Shown: positions 12,395-40,587, numbered from the whole stretch's first letter. The stretch: DNA of 63,669 bases, filler included, from Phoronis australis (GCA_002633005.1; 7 parts of 7 records of this genome joined end to end with filler, not necessarily neighbours in it); one strand, 5' to 3'. A program made the numbers and translations. Notes: generated by a model from the letters alone, not told the origin.

Positions 12395-13364
12395 ACAAAA
12401 TAATAATCTCACGAGAGATGTCGAAGACAGCTCATGCCCATCTGCAGGGAAGCACCAAAAGAAAAGGGAGGAAAAAGGAGGTATTGTGTAGATTCGCATA
12501 CTTACAGAGGCTGCTGGCAGCCGGATACCCAACCCTAACTCCAGGGGCCAAGGCTGGAGGGGGAGGTATGTTTACCTAAGTGCTGCAACAGCTGCTGGGT
12601 GTGAACTCACCCTGGTGTCGTGGCGGTAACGAATGGAACTAGAGTAAGGCTAAAAATACAAAAGTAATACATGGAAGACTGAACAAAACAATGAGACAAA
12701 GTGGCAAAGTGGTAAATAGGAAAAACAAGATACACGGAGTGAAACGAAAGCACCATAAGTAAGATAAGGAAAGAGGTATATAAGGCCCCGTAAACGAACA
12801 ACAGCACGAACTGAAAATGTTACAGAGGCTATGCAGGGCTACACCCGAAACACAAGAGAAAGTACCTAAGATATGAAAAAAGAGATGTTAACAGAAACTG
12901 AAGTACGCAAGGTGACAATATAAACAAAATAACAGTATGAATTAATCGAGAAAAGAAACTAACCCTAAGTAAACTGGCGAAATAATACAAAGTGACTAAC
13001 AGGGACGGAGAGAAGTAATAAAATTTGGCTAACAGAGAGAAGTGGGTAAACTGAACAATAACATTAGGCAGTAAGTCGAATGAGTACAAACTAGGAACAA
13101 CGTGAGGAAACTAAAAACACCCACGGACAACAACAGAAAAACTAAGAAGAAATACCCTAGATATAACCGGCAATACTAATGCCAGAGGGAGGGGATGGGG
13201 GAGAGATGGGAGGAGGTAGGGGATAGAGGAGAAAAAGGTGCAGGCAATACTGACACCGAAGGGGTAGGACCAAAGGGGCAGCCAATACTGAAAACGGTGA
13301 GGGAAGGGAGGTTGCAGGCAAGAATGGGCAAAACGGATGAGAGGAGGGGTAGGGGGACGGAAGA

Positions 13365-14361
13365 TTAAATTCGTCTGCCCTTAACGGGAGGAGGAGGGGT
13401 AGAAGCAGGCGTGGGGGACTGCCTGCGACAAGACTTAGCCGGGTGTTTTCCATTGCAAGAGGAGCAGACATGGAGGTAAGGACACTGAGTGGGGGGCTTA
13501 GGGCAGGTGTGGGAGTTGTAGGACCAGCAGTAGCCAGGGGTGCGATGAGGAGAGGTGGTTTGGGGGAGGGGGATTGGTTCGACCTGAGGGAGGTCTGAAC
13601 CCACAGCTCCTGATTGATGGAGTGCCAAGGGTCGTGGGAAGGGAACCGGGTGTGGAGATAAAGGTAAGGATGGTGTGGGCGTATTTGCAAANNNNNNNNN
13701 NNNNNNNNNNNNNNNNNNNNNNNNNNNNNNNNNNNNNNNNNNNNNNNNNNNNNNNNNNNNNNNNNNNNNNNNNNNNNNNNNNNNNNNNNNNNNNNNNNNN
13801 NNNNNNNNNNNNNNNNNNNNNNNNNNNNNNNNNNNNNNNNNNNNNNNNNNNNNNNNNNNNNNNNNNNNNNNNNNNNNNNNNNNNNNNNNNNNNNNNNNNN
13901 NNNNNNNNNNNNNNNNNNNNNNNNNNNNNNNNNNNNNNNNNNNNNNNNNNNNNNNNNNNNNNNNNNNNNNNNNNNNNNNNNNNNNNNNNNNNNNNNNNNN
14001 NNNNNNNNNNNNNNNNNNNNNNNNNNNNNNNNNNNNNNNNNNNNNNNNNNNNNNNNNNNNNNNNNNNNNNNNNNNNNNNNNNNNNNNNNNNNNNNNNNNN
14101 NNNNNNNNNNNNNNNNNNNGGTGGAGGCTGCACAGTGATGACCGACGGAGCAGCTGGCAGGGGTGCTGAGACCGACGACGGCACGGAGAGGAGAGATGGA
14201 TCCTGGCGAAGTTGCTGGATGACAGACGAGACTACGGTGGAAACGTCCGGCGCTGGTGCAGAGGGCGGACTCGAGGACGTCGCAGACGATGTAGAGGAGC
14301 GAGCGCGTGCCGGTGAAGGGCGAGAAGACGGTGAGTTGGATGGACGAGCTGAATGACGAGG
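13365..14361 (-). mobile_element. DIRS/Ngaro-like (tyrosine-recombinase retrotransposon) gag, frameshifted and gapped
   Basis: Ser/Pro-rich N-terminus and WHSINQELW motif. In a shifted frame, CWSYNSHTCPKPPTQCPYLHVCSSCNGKHPAKSC, the CCCH+CCHC double knuckle typical of Ngaro/DIRS gag. Confidence 0.65.
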
Positions 14362-15354
14362 CATCTGAAAAAGAAAAAGGGAGCGGCAGAGAGACTGATG
14401 CAAAAAAGGGGAACGACCGCCCCGGGAAGGGGTGGCCGAACCCTAGAGGTGGAACACAATCGAGGGAAACGTGGGATGTATATGGGAGAAAGATGGCTCT
14501 ATATATAAACACATGGATGGAACCTTAACTCAAAACACGAGAAAATATGAGCATCTTACTTATCAGTCTTGTGAAAATAGAGTTGAAATCATGTATACAA
14601 GTAGAAAAAAAAGATTACGCCTCTGAATGAAATTCATGTTCCTTGCTACGTAACACCTAAAAATTAGTTACAAATAACAATAAATTAACACCAAACAGAT
14701 GGTCTCACAACTAAATTCTAAATTTGAGCATGGTTGTCTATGGTTGGTATGAACATAACAACTGATTGCGAACATAAAATGCCAGAAAAAAAACAACACT
14801 AACATAACCCTGTTGTTTCTGTTAAGGATTTTTGTTTTTCACTCATGCAGCAGCTTTCGAAGCTGTTTTCTCTGTATCTGCAAAGAAGCATGTGACCAAC
14901 TACACAGGAAGTTAACTCATTTGCTTTTTAAACACATTATAGCAGATAACAGTACAGGTCACTCGAACGAAACTGTCAACACTACAGAACTGAATAACAA
15001 GAGCAACGCAGAGCGTTCAAATGCACCCACGAATGTGCCGCAAACAATGTGCCTCTAGGGATGTTTATTTGTATCATAAAATGGCCAGTAGGTGGCGCAA
15101 AATATGTCGAATCCATCCGAAAACGGGAACATACCATCGTTTTTAATAGAAAGCTATTTACTAAATTTCACAAAAATCCATAAAGTACACACCTGAAGGG
15201 CAATCAACAACGTACAGTTAACATAGGTTTCCCAGTTGCATGACTTTCGTGATCTAATCGTTGTACCAGCTAGCTACAGCTGTTTAAAATCCTAAAATGC
15301 ATGCAGTCATCTAGCATTAGGCCTGTCCTGCAAATTAATGCATCGAGCATGATA

Positions 15355-15960
15355 TAGCATCAGTGTACCCATTTTCGACCCCCCCCCCTTTCAACCTATT
15401 TTTGTGCTTCATTCATATAAGTTACTGCAAAAGCTCTTATGATCTTATAAAACATATTTTCCAGGCTTTTGAATGGTGTAGAAAATCGATCAAGAGGACA
15501 AAAAATAAACTTTGATTGAAGATCCACTCATTTGCCTTGGTTCACGCAACAATGTACCCACGATCAACCCCCCACCGTCATTGTCTTCCAAAACACATCA
15601 GGGATGCTTCTGGATCGCTGCAACTTATTGCTGACAAATATAATTTTAATGTAATTATTTAATGCGCTGTGACACCAGTACACAATTTTGCTTCAAATCC
15701 GCACTTCTTCCAAAATGTTAATGTCGCAGTCGAGCTACCTCTCTGCTGAACTGGGATATTTAACTACCCGACTCCCGAGGTCAAGTAACATGCGATTTTT
15801 CAGTCGTGCGGTTTAGTAAACATGACCACTGAACGCACTTTGTACACGCTATTTGGCTATTTGTGTCCCAGACTTAAGCAGACTTTTGTTTCTCAGGTAA
15901 GATCATTAAATACTCGTTCAATCAACAAAAATCATAAGGGGTCGATCATGGTACATTGTC
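15355..15960. mobile_element. Non-autonomous DNA transposon related to 61294-61749
   Basis: Starts TAGCATCAGTGTACCCATTTTCGACCC. A related motif lies at about 15552 and an inverted one at about 15937-15959. Confidence 0.5.
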
Positions 15961-17261
15961 GTTTTGGCGGTATGCACTGGGCATATCCGGCAGTCTTGCA
16001 GTTGCATGACATTGAGATCGAGAATGCAGTAAGTTCACGATCAGCTTAGACATGAAATACTTACGGTCATCGTCAAAGACTTTGGTTTTCACCCTTCTCT
16101 TACTCATGGTTGCGAATGCAGTGCGTTGACAAGAAACGTTGGTCGTAATCTTGGACTGTCAAACAGGCAGTGGACGTTATTTGAAAATGGCGCGACCGGA
16201 CAGTTGTCAGTTGGCACCTGCTGTGATTTCTCTTGCACTTGATATTTTTTATTAAAATTTTTATAGATAGATATTTCATTTAGGGAAAATCATTTTTTAT
16301 TCACAGTTGTTGAAAGAAACAGCATGCCACTAAAATACATGCAAAAAACGATCGTTTTGATACAGTCTCAAAGCCAAAGCTTACTATTTTGATTCATTCA
16401 TTTTCTGCTAATAACGGAGGTATAAAAGTGTACCGTACTGGAGTCGAGCACCATCTTCAGCACCTTCATGTGATTGGCCCAAATCTTGCGAGNNNNNNNN
16501 NNNNNNNNNNNNNNNNNNNNNNNNNNNNNNNNNNNNTTAATTAATTAANNNNNNNNNNNNNNNNNNNNNNNNNNNNNNNNNNNNNNNNNNNNTGTTTTGT
16601 AAACTTAGATGTAAAAACCTTGGTCTATGCATTTTTTTGTAAAAAAAATCTGTGTGTTTGGGGGGATTGCTGGGGATGGGGGGTTACGCGTCGGAATTAT
16701 GGACGCCCTGGAATATTGGGAACCTCATTTTGGACACCCTACTTTCGAAATCCTGGATGAAGGCCTGCTATGCATTGCCTATTTTTGTACATTCTCTTCG
16801 GAAATGGTGACTTATAAGCCCAAGTTGTGGCTGGGTAGCAATTGTTACAGGTCTCTAAAGTAAATGATTATTGTTTGATTGATATGTAGATATACACGTA
16901 AGTACACAGTGACTATCTCAAGTCACACACACAGTAACAAGCACGTCAGAACACACAAACTCTCCAACTCTGAACTGCTTCTCTACATGTATTCTTAACT
17001 TCCGGTTCGATGTTTGTTAATGTGCCGGAGCATGTTCACTACTCCAACGCCATGTTGGTACCTTCGGATTTTCTTAATTCAATCGACAACATTCACACCA
17101 AAGTGTCGCGATTGGCTTTCTCCATTTATGTCAACTAATGCGCATTCTCGTCGTACCTATCACAACATCACCAGAACGTTTACATCCACTAAAAAGGGCA
17201 GCTGTAGAATGCCAGTTTTACAGAATGCATTTTTGTGTACTTATCTTTCAGAGGTTTGATA

Positions 17262-32343
<15,082 letters not shown>

Positions 32344-32421
32344 CATTAGAATTTGTCTCTTGTCTTCTGATTCCCACACTCTCTTCCTTAGCTTTCTTGT
32401 TCTAGCCTAACACAAGATTAC

Positions 32422-32427
32422 AATAAA
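32422..32427 (+). terminator. Candidate polyadenylation signal of SPG7
   Basis: AATAAA about 80 nt after the stop, followed by T/GT-rich sequence. Confidence 0.5.
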
Positions 32428-33188
32428 GATCATGTTTTGTAATTTAATGAGTTGTATATTTGCCTGATTTTACACTTGTGCTTACTTACCGGGGTATGTA
32501 CAAGTTTTTAAAATTACTCAAATAGCATAATCTCACCATTGCAGTGGACTAGTGAAATTTTATGTCAAAAATAATTGCAGGCTGTCTGGTACACGTTGGA
32601 TCAGACGTGCAAAGACGCTTAAGTGAGCCCATTTCACTGATCACCTGGAATCATTTTACACTTGATTAATATACCTTAAACTGAGCTGTGGAGCTTGAGA
32701 TCTGATTCAAGGGTCTATCAATGTGCCTCAGTGGAACTCGACCTACGACCTTGAGTAAAGAAAACCAACACTTATCCTGCTAGGTCGCTCTGTGTGCCGC
32801 CTCTTGACTGCAAGGGCTGAACTGTGCTTGCAAAAACTATGCTACAAACGGCTTTGGTCATAACTCATGACTATTACACAATGCACAGATTTGGATGTGA
32901 CTTTATTTCATTCCTACTGCTACAAAAGTGAACAGAGTACAGAACGTTGGACTTTCCATAGTAGGCCTACCAAAATATATCTCACCTTGATTTTTTGCTT
33001 CCCTCTGTATGGTGTATGCCTAAACTACACTGAATTCTCAATAAACGAGACAAGCCTTACTTTATATCTCAAACCTGCTCCTGTCTGGACTCAAATGGCA
33101 AGGTATAAGGAAATATTCGTAGTGCGCAGTGGCAGATTCCATTTCCGCAACAATTCTCTCAAAGCCAACTTGCCTTCCTACACTAACC

Positions 33189-33969
33189 CTAAATGACGAA
33201 TTCGTCTATACATAAGTACAGTGACATTTTTACTTGGCGAAATAAATTTCGATTCAGTCCACTGAACTTGCCTTTGAATGGAATCATCATCTCATCAACA
33301 GAATTGAATTCCTCAGGCGTAACTTTTAGGCAGTTGGTACGAAACATATCTAGCCATGGTTTCAGTTTCCACAATTTGAACTGCGCCTTTTCTTCCTCTG
33401 TCACTTGCATGTTGTTCGTGAAATGCAGAAGAGTGGGTATTTGCAGAAACCTGTTGCGACTCATAACAGCAGCCACAGGCCCATAACGCGTTTTGTTTTC
33501 CCAGTAAGTCCGATTACCTGGCATCTTAACAATACCCATTCTAAGGTACATCGCCATCACTTGCTCCACCTCATTGAGGCTGATGTTTGCATCAGTGCCA
33601 TTTTTCTGCATAGCATAGATGTTGGAGTTCTCAGTTAAAAGATCAATCATTTCTGCTGTTATAAACTGAGTAAACTACTGGTGTGCAGTTTTCAACTCTC
33701 CATCGGGAGGTGTTGTTATAGCTTCACCTTCAAACAGAATATCAGGGGGCTGAAACTGACGGTTACGCCACTTGTAAGACTCTTTTTTTCTTCACCGGCT
33801 TGGGAACAAGACGAAATAGTGGTTCATCATCACTGGAGTCATCCTGATCTCCACTCTGCCCTAAGTCTGTGGTGTTATTGCCATCTTTACTGGTTGAAGG
33901 CTGAACTGCATCATCACTCTCACTGTCATAACTGTTGTCTTCGGGTAGAAACAGACACTCAGTAATCAT
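33189..33969 (-). mobile_element. piggyBac transposase fragment (PGBD3-like DDE_Tnp_1_7), truncated and frameshifted
   Basis: Acidic N-terminus (DSESDD...SSDDEPL), then MSRNRF...LHF.NN...KLWKLKPWLD...SVDEMMIPFKG. Homology ends just after the first catalytic Asp. Confidence 0.88.
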
Positions 33970-35458
33970 TGACGAGGTTTACAGTAAACCCGAGTCACTT
34001 GTGGTTGTCATGATAGAATGAGCACGGCGAGGCTAAAAACAATCGGCCAAATCACAATCAATTTCCATATTCGAAGGCAACTTTTGGTGAAGAGTGAAGG
34101 TTATCATATAACTGTCAAAGCTGGGTTGTTTTAAAGTACCGTCTACCCAGGTTTTTATTCTAAATATTTTTTTTCACAAGAACCACCGAATAAAATTTCA
34201 TAACCTAATGCATCACAGTTGTAGAAAACGGTACGTACATTACAACTTGTGGTAACAGCTCACTTCTATCATGCAACAATACATAAGGTTGCGGTTAATT
34301 GAATACGTTCTGGATCAGATTCATCAAGTATCACATATTAAAGTTGTTCAAGTTGTTCTAGACGATGATACATTACATATCTTAACACAGTATAATGAGA
34401 ACTTCTTCTTTTGCAACGTGATTCTTACAAATAGAAAATGGCAAGTAGCTACTTTTTTCAAAAACTTGATTGGTGGTATTTGCCCAGTTTGTAATACATT
34501 CACCAGACAGTCAAAATATTTTAGCAATGCTCGGCCCCTTGTTCAACTTGTAAACAGTAAAAAAGTGGTACTGGTTGGAAAGTACGTACACTGCGCAGTC
34601 AATCAACGTGGAATTTGACTAAGTTACAAATGTATGGGATGGTCTCGAGTTTTGCGCTGCATCTACTAGTTTGTTTGTTGCAAGTTGTCTTGAGAGGTAG
34701 AGAACCTTCCTCTGTAACATCAGTTGTCACGTGACGTGTCTTCTAGGATGTTACTGTTCACATCGGGGTACGTACACTACATGTCAATGACATGTCAGGT
34801 TTGTAACAAAATACTGACAATCTATTGAAAGATAGCTGATTTACTAAGTCAATTCAAAGAGAAAAAATAAAATGCACACATATCTGCCATACTTTGAAAA
34901 TCAAAATAATCGGGTATGTACGCTACACAAATGCAAAAATTTCACTCAAAACAAATGTATTTGGAAAAAACACCCATTCAACCTAATTTTTGAGGGAAGG
35001 ACACTGTGTATGACCAATGCTGTTCACTTACCAAGTGATACTTTAATTTCATGAAATTTGTAAACATTGGGGTACGAACACTACACCACTTTTTCTTCAT
35101 CACATGGTAACACAATGCTGTATGGCCATTTATTTATCTTTGGTGAAAATAAGCACTATGTTCTTATTTAAAAGGCAATAATTTTATATGCAATGACTAT
35201 CTCTGTTACTGAATTCCACACGGGGGTACGTACACTACATTCTTTTAGCCTTTTGGCCCATTTTCAGCATAGCAGAACCCAGTCGATATCAAAACCTTTG
35301 GTTTGTTCAGATATTGAATAATTTGCTGTGTTGCATAGGCTAACATATTCTACAGTTCNNNNNNNNNNNNNNNNNNNNNNNNNNNNNNNNNNNNNNNNNN
35401 NNTTAATTAATTAANNNNNNNNNNNNNNNNNNNNNNNNNNNNNNNNNNNNNNNNNNNN

Positions 35459-35893
35459 ATTTCCCATTTGTATTTTCATCAGAAATTTTCGTCATGCGGG
35501 ACTCGGTGACTCTTTCCATAGCTAAAGCGCCAAACACAAGCTAAACGCAAGACAATCGAGTAACGGTCATGACATCGTCAAGACAAGGTAAAAATTACAA
35601 AGCCCGTTACACCAATTCTCAGATTCAAGCCTTATAGAGTAGTAATCATCCGTTGAACGCTTTAGTGACACGGGAGTTGCGTCGATCCCAAATTAGCGTT
35701 TCTAAAATTTTCCTTGTCCGAAAGTCGCGGGGCAAAACTCCGACGTTTATGACTTTGTCCGAAGTTCGAAGATCATTAAAAAACAGTTTTTGGACCTTGT
35801 ACGAATTCCGTGGACTATGAAAAACTCATTTCGGAAATATTTATTCTTGGTCGAAAATAGCGGGCCGTCCGAAAATCACGCGACTTTACCGTA
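35459..35893. mobile_element. Non-autonomous DNA transposon, copy 2, inserted at a TA in the TRIM 5' LTR
   Basis: Near-identical to 239-672. The junction CCG|TATGAGCC matches CA|TATGAGCC in the intact 3' LTR. Confidence 0.75.
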
Positions 35894-36371
35894 TGAGCCT
35901 TTGTTAGCCACTCACTAACGGGCAATTGCCTATTAGCTGAATGCGGTTTTATGGGGGTCGCTGGTTCGATTCTCGAGGTCGGGTAATCTCGGCTATTACT
36001 ACAATTGGCGTAGTTGGCAAGATGATATACCGATGAAGCACTGCCAACATACCTGCGGACGACCTCGGGACGGCGCGAATGGACGCAGGAGTCAGGACAA
36101 CCTGAATATGAGGGACTACCTTGTGTTCACCGGTGTTGTGGTGGCAAAAGTACCAAGTGACGTTGATGACCTGGTGTTCAACTTCCTGGTGGCGTGACCG
36201 TTCCGTAGGAAAGGGGGGAATGTTATGAAAGTGCTTCCGGTGAATCATATGAGCCTCTGTTAGCCACTCACTAAAGGGCAAGCCTATTAGCTGTATGATT
36301 AGCACGCTTGCCGGTTTTATGGGGGTCGCTGGTTCGATTTCCGAAGTCGGGTAATCTCGGCTATTACTACA
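35892..36371 (+). mobile_element. TRIM (miniature non-autonomous LTR retrotransposon)
   Basis: 5' LTR remnant 35892-36003, PBS TGGCGTAGTTGGCAAGAT 36006-36023, short internal region, PPT AGGAAAGGGGGGAA 36207-36220, and a 151-bp 3' LTR TG...CA at 36221-36371. Confidence 0.85.
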
Positions 36372-36613
36372 AAGTCAACAGCGAGTTGGTGTGATAGTTA
36401 CATCCTCAATACCTGTGGGAGTACCCCCCCCCCTCCTCCCAACATCTGCGTACCTGGGAGGTTCACAAGTTTACTAGGTAACTTCTTACTCCTTACCACT
36501 ATTCCAGAGGATGAAACTTTTAATACAAACCAGGCACCACTATGTATTGTAAGTCCTACACCTGGGAGTAACCTAGCTACCCCCCGGAGAAATATGTGTT
36601 GAATGGCATGGCA
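36371..36613. repeat. Dispersed repeat, copy 1
   Basis: Matches 49162-49406. Confidence 0.8.
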
Positions 36614-37860
36614 AAGTGAACTTACCGTGGCTGTCCTTTCGAGTGCCACTCTTTTCTGAATAAGAAGCGGTTGTCGTTGTTTTTAAAGTGATCTAGTTCA
36701 ACATAAGGCTTTCCCTGAGGAGTAACAGCCATGTTGCAAATCCAGTCCTTGTGTGCCAACAGCACTGTCAGTTTCAAACGAAGCAAACGGCGTGCGTTCA
36801 CTGAATGCGCAACCTAAGTGCTCAAGCGTGAACAGCTTACAGCGACATCTGGTGGTGATAATAAGTCTCATTTCTATCGAGTGACGAGACCGGTTTGACC
36901 ACTGTTGCAAGAAAAAAAAAATAAAATGAAAGATGCATTTTTCGCTTTTAAGCTGGCTAAAAACTGAAAAGTTGGACCTGTTACTATCATAAAATCGGTT
37001 CTCGTATTGGGGTGATAGGATTCTACTGCCTATAGTGCCATTTTAATCGGGTCCAGCCGACACGCCGCGGGGACAATTGGGTACTCTTTAGTCAGTGATA
37101 GTTTCGATGATCTTCTTGGACTTATTGGTATCGCCAGGAACTAGAATTGCATCACAGTAAGGAATATTATTACTTGACCTATTTTATGATGGAAAACGCT
37201 TAATTTTCGTTTTTAGTCAGGTATTTTATTATAGGTGAGGTGCATAGTCTATTTTCTAACTGAAAAATCATTTGTTCCATTTATGCCAAAGCTTAGTATT
37301 TGTGAGCTTTCACTCTTCAGTGTTAACGAATTCACTTTGACCTGACTCTACTAATTCAACGGCAAGTATTTTCTTTTATTGTGTAAAACTGACGTTAAAT
37401 AAAACCGTGAATGGACATCGGATCGTGAACACGAGCGGGCGCAACGCCCCGGAGCCTCAGGGGTTCGAATTTGCGCCAGCAGTGGCAGGTCTAGGCCGGG
37501 TGTCCTAATTACGATAAGCAACACATACTAAGTCATCAACTAAAATAACAAACGTGCCCGGTGAGTGTTTTATTTTGCAACGGACAAGGATTATCGGAAT
37601 TTATGCAAAGACATTTTTGTTATAGTGGCGAATAATATCTGATTCACTCATTGTCATTTTAAACTTATTATACGTCTGGACCAGCATGTGGTGCGTTTTA
37701 GACCGGGATCTCAGAGGTTTTTTGGGCATGAAAAGGTAACCAATATTTTTTGGTGTCACCGACAGTGCTCTATGGGTATCCTGATGCTTGGAAATGGCCG
37801 TCTGTAGGTTCGCTCTGGTGGGTGTGGTCAGGGGAGTCAAGAGAGTGACACTCAAAAATT

Positions 37861-38750
37861 GAGCTAGATCAACTTTTCTGATAACCACTTCAAACTACCT
37901 TGGATACCTACTACGTAATCCACTCAGTGTATCAAAATTGGTCACTGCCAGACAATTTCAGCGGTGGGGAGTATCCGCCAGACGGTTATAAACAAGGTAA
38001 AAAATGAGCTAGATCAACCCAACAGGTAACCGCATGAAACCAGTTGCAAAATATTCACCGTCAGCCCAGGTATCACGAATGAACACTGCCAGACAAATCT
38101 AGTGGTGGGTTAGCCCCGCCAGACACGCCCAAATACCCGAGTTGAGCTAGATCAACCCACGTACCAAGTAACCGTTTGAAACCAATTGTATGATGTTCAG
38201 CATCACTGTACATGGCACCGACGGTAAGATGCCAGACAATTTCAGAGGTGGGGTGCCCTTGCCAGACGATTATCAAAAAGGGTTAAAAATTGAGCTGGGT
38301 CAAGCCAAGAGGTACGTAACCGCTTAAACCAGTTGCAAAATATTCACCGTAAACCCAGGTATCACGAATAAACACTGCCAGACAAATCTAGTGGTGGGTT
38401 AGCCCCGCCAGACACACCCAAATACCTGAGTTGAGCTAGATCAATCCAAGAGGTAACCGCTTGAAACCAATTGCACGATGCTCAGCATCACTGCACATGG
38501 CACAACAGTAAGATGCCAGATAATTTCAGAGGTGGGTGTCCCTGCCAGACGACTAAAGAAAGGGCTGAGGTAAATCCACCCAAGAGGTAACCTCATGAAA
38601 CCAGATGCAAAATATTCTACGTAAGCCCATGTATCATGAATAAACACTGCGAGACAAGTCTAGTTGTGGATTAACCCCGCCACACACGATCAAACATCTG
38701 AGTTCGGCCAGATTTATCCGCCAGGTAACCGTTTGAAAACATTTGCATAA
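37861..38750. repeat. Tandem repeat of alternating A/B monomers of about 135-148 bp
   Basis: GAGCTAGATCAA-like anchors at 37861, 38006, 38144, 38292, 38433, 38567 and 38705. Confidence 0.85.
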
Positions 38751-39099
38751 TGTCGAGCAACATTTTGCATGCAACAAAGGGTACTTTACAGACATTATTA
38801 GCAGTGGGGCAGCAGTATGCAGAGGTTTGGTCGATGCAGGGGCGACTTTTTATTAGACGCCCATGTAATACCAGAAACGAAGATGCTGTGATGGTTGCTC
38901 GCAAAGAACGTTAGGATGTGATGTGGTCCAGAAAGAGAACATTCTCGCATTATTTCCTGCCAAAGTTTCAAATCAGCCATGCTTAAATGAGTGATTATAC
39001 CTCATTGCATGCTCAGACGGAAATATTAAGTTTAGTTGGCGAACGACTTAACAAAATTGTTTTCCTGGTTGTATTTTAACGTGTTACATCGCTGTAAAT

Positions 39100-40240
39100 G
39101 GGAACAGCCCACTATTTCGAAGGTTTACTACATGGAAGGTTCGCTATTCCGAAGATTCACTACTTCGCCGATTCACCACTCCGAAGATTCGCCGCTCCAA
39201 AAATATCTAAACTTTCAAACTCAGATGTGATTTTCTAACTTTTCTTCATGCAAAAATAAACGATATTTCGATTGTTAGATGCATCTGTACCGAGAACAAC
39301 ACCCGGGCACTAAAACACTTTGGATTCCATGCAGACAGTAAGCACCGTCTCCAGCTGGCCAGCACAACTAGAGACAGTAGTCAGATTTCATGTGCATGCG
39401 AAATTGCCTGCATGTCTTAAAATGAGTACGCACTTGCATTTTAAAATTATATGAAGTAGAAGTACTGATGAATTATCAACCATGACACAATTCGTAAAAT
39501 CCATGTCAATATCGAAACGCAGCGCGACGCACACTGCCGGGTGGAAACTAAATGAAGTTAGTAGGCCACCCTGTCCGTGCCAATTCTCACGAAATCAGGG
39601 AGTCCAATTTAGTCTTCTTAAATTTGAAACCTCCGTTGGTCGCCGCAGCCGTGCACCATGATGTTGTCTCGGCTTGAGAATGAGTCGTGATCACACAATC
39701 AGAGTAGTGAACTGTCGGAGTTCTGGGCCCAGTCTCGTCGAAATGGAACTCGAAATAATGATTGGCATTTTTTAATCTACTTTTGTGCGAACTAAAGATA
39801 GTGTCTATTACCCAATGCTCGAGTACATAATGACTTACGTGGGATGATTTATTAGTCCTAGTTTGCAGTTGACAAATCCAACATTAAACCTAAAAGTTCG
39901 AGTTTGAACTCGAAATTTTGAGTTTTTAGTCGAGTTTGTAGCACGAACATAAGGGGTTTTAAGTGCAAACTTGGAGTGTAAAATGAAACTTACATGCATG
40001 AACTATAATTATTCGAGCACAGTATGATAACCCCATGAGTTCGCACAAAAGGAGCAGAAAAATTACCAAAAATAATTTCGAGTTCGTTTCGAGTACAAAG
40101 ATTAAAGACTGGGCCCTGGCTTTGGAAGTGGAAATCAAAGTTGTGAATTCTAGAAGATAACGAACCTTCGGAGTAATAGGCTCGGAGTACTGGACCTTCG
40201 GAGCATTCATTGAACCTTCGTCATAGTGACATGGAATCTT
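39100..40240. mobile_element. Non-autonomous DNA element with inverted arrays of CCGAAG(G/A)TTC subterminal repeats
   Basis: Repeats at 39110-39200 and their reverse complements (GAACCTTCGGAG) at 40160-40225. Confidence 0.55.
39725..40116. mobile_element. Nested MITE
   Basis: TIR GGGCCCAGTCT / AGACTGGGCCC, plus inverted GAACTCGAAAT / ATTTCGAGTTC. Confidence 0.6.
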
Positions 40241-40587
40241 GGAAATCTTTTCCATCAAGTTTGTAGCTCGAATGAAGTCTGGAGGGTTGTGCACCATTGA
40301 CATTGATTGACTAGAGAAGATTTTCATTAACCAAATTTGAGGTCTACACCTACTTTTCCATCATAACGTGAAAATGCTCAACGGTGTATTCTCAGTGCAA
40401 GAAAACACGGTAGTTCAATGTCTGGTTTTTTAGCACAACGGAGGACTGCCTATAACGAACTTAACGTCAGCGTGACTGAATGTAAAAGAACGGAAACGTT
40501 CAAACGTGTTCACGCATGCATGTCAATTCATCAATCCACAATCAGTGGACACTGGATGAACAACATATTTGCATATTTGACGACCAC

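Noticed and set aside
35949-36305. 118-aa minus-strand ORF
   Set aside because: Antisense across the TRIM LTR, PPT and PBS, with no protein motif.
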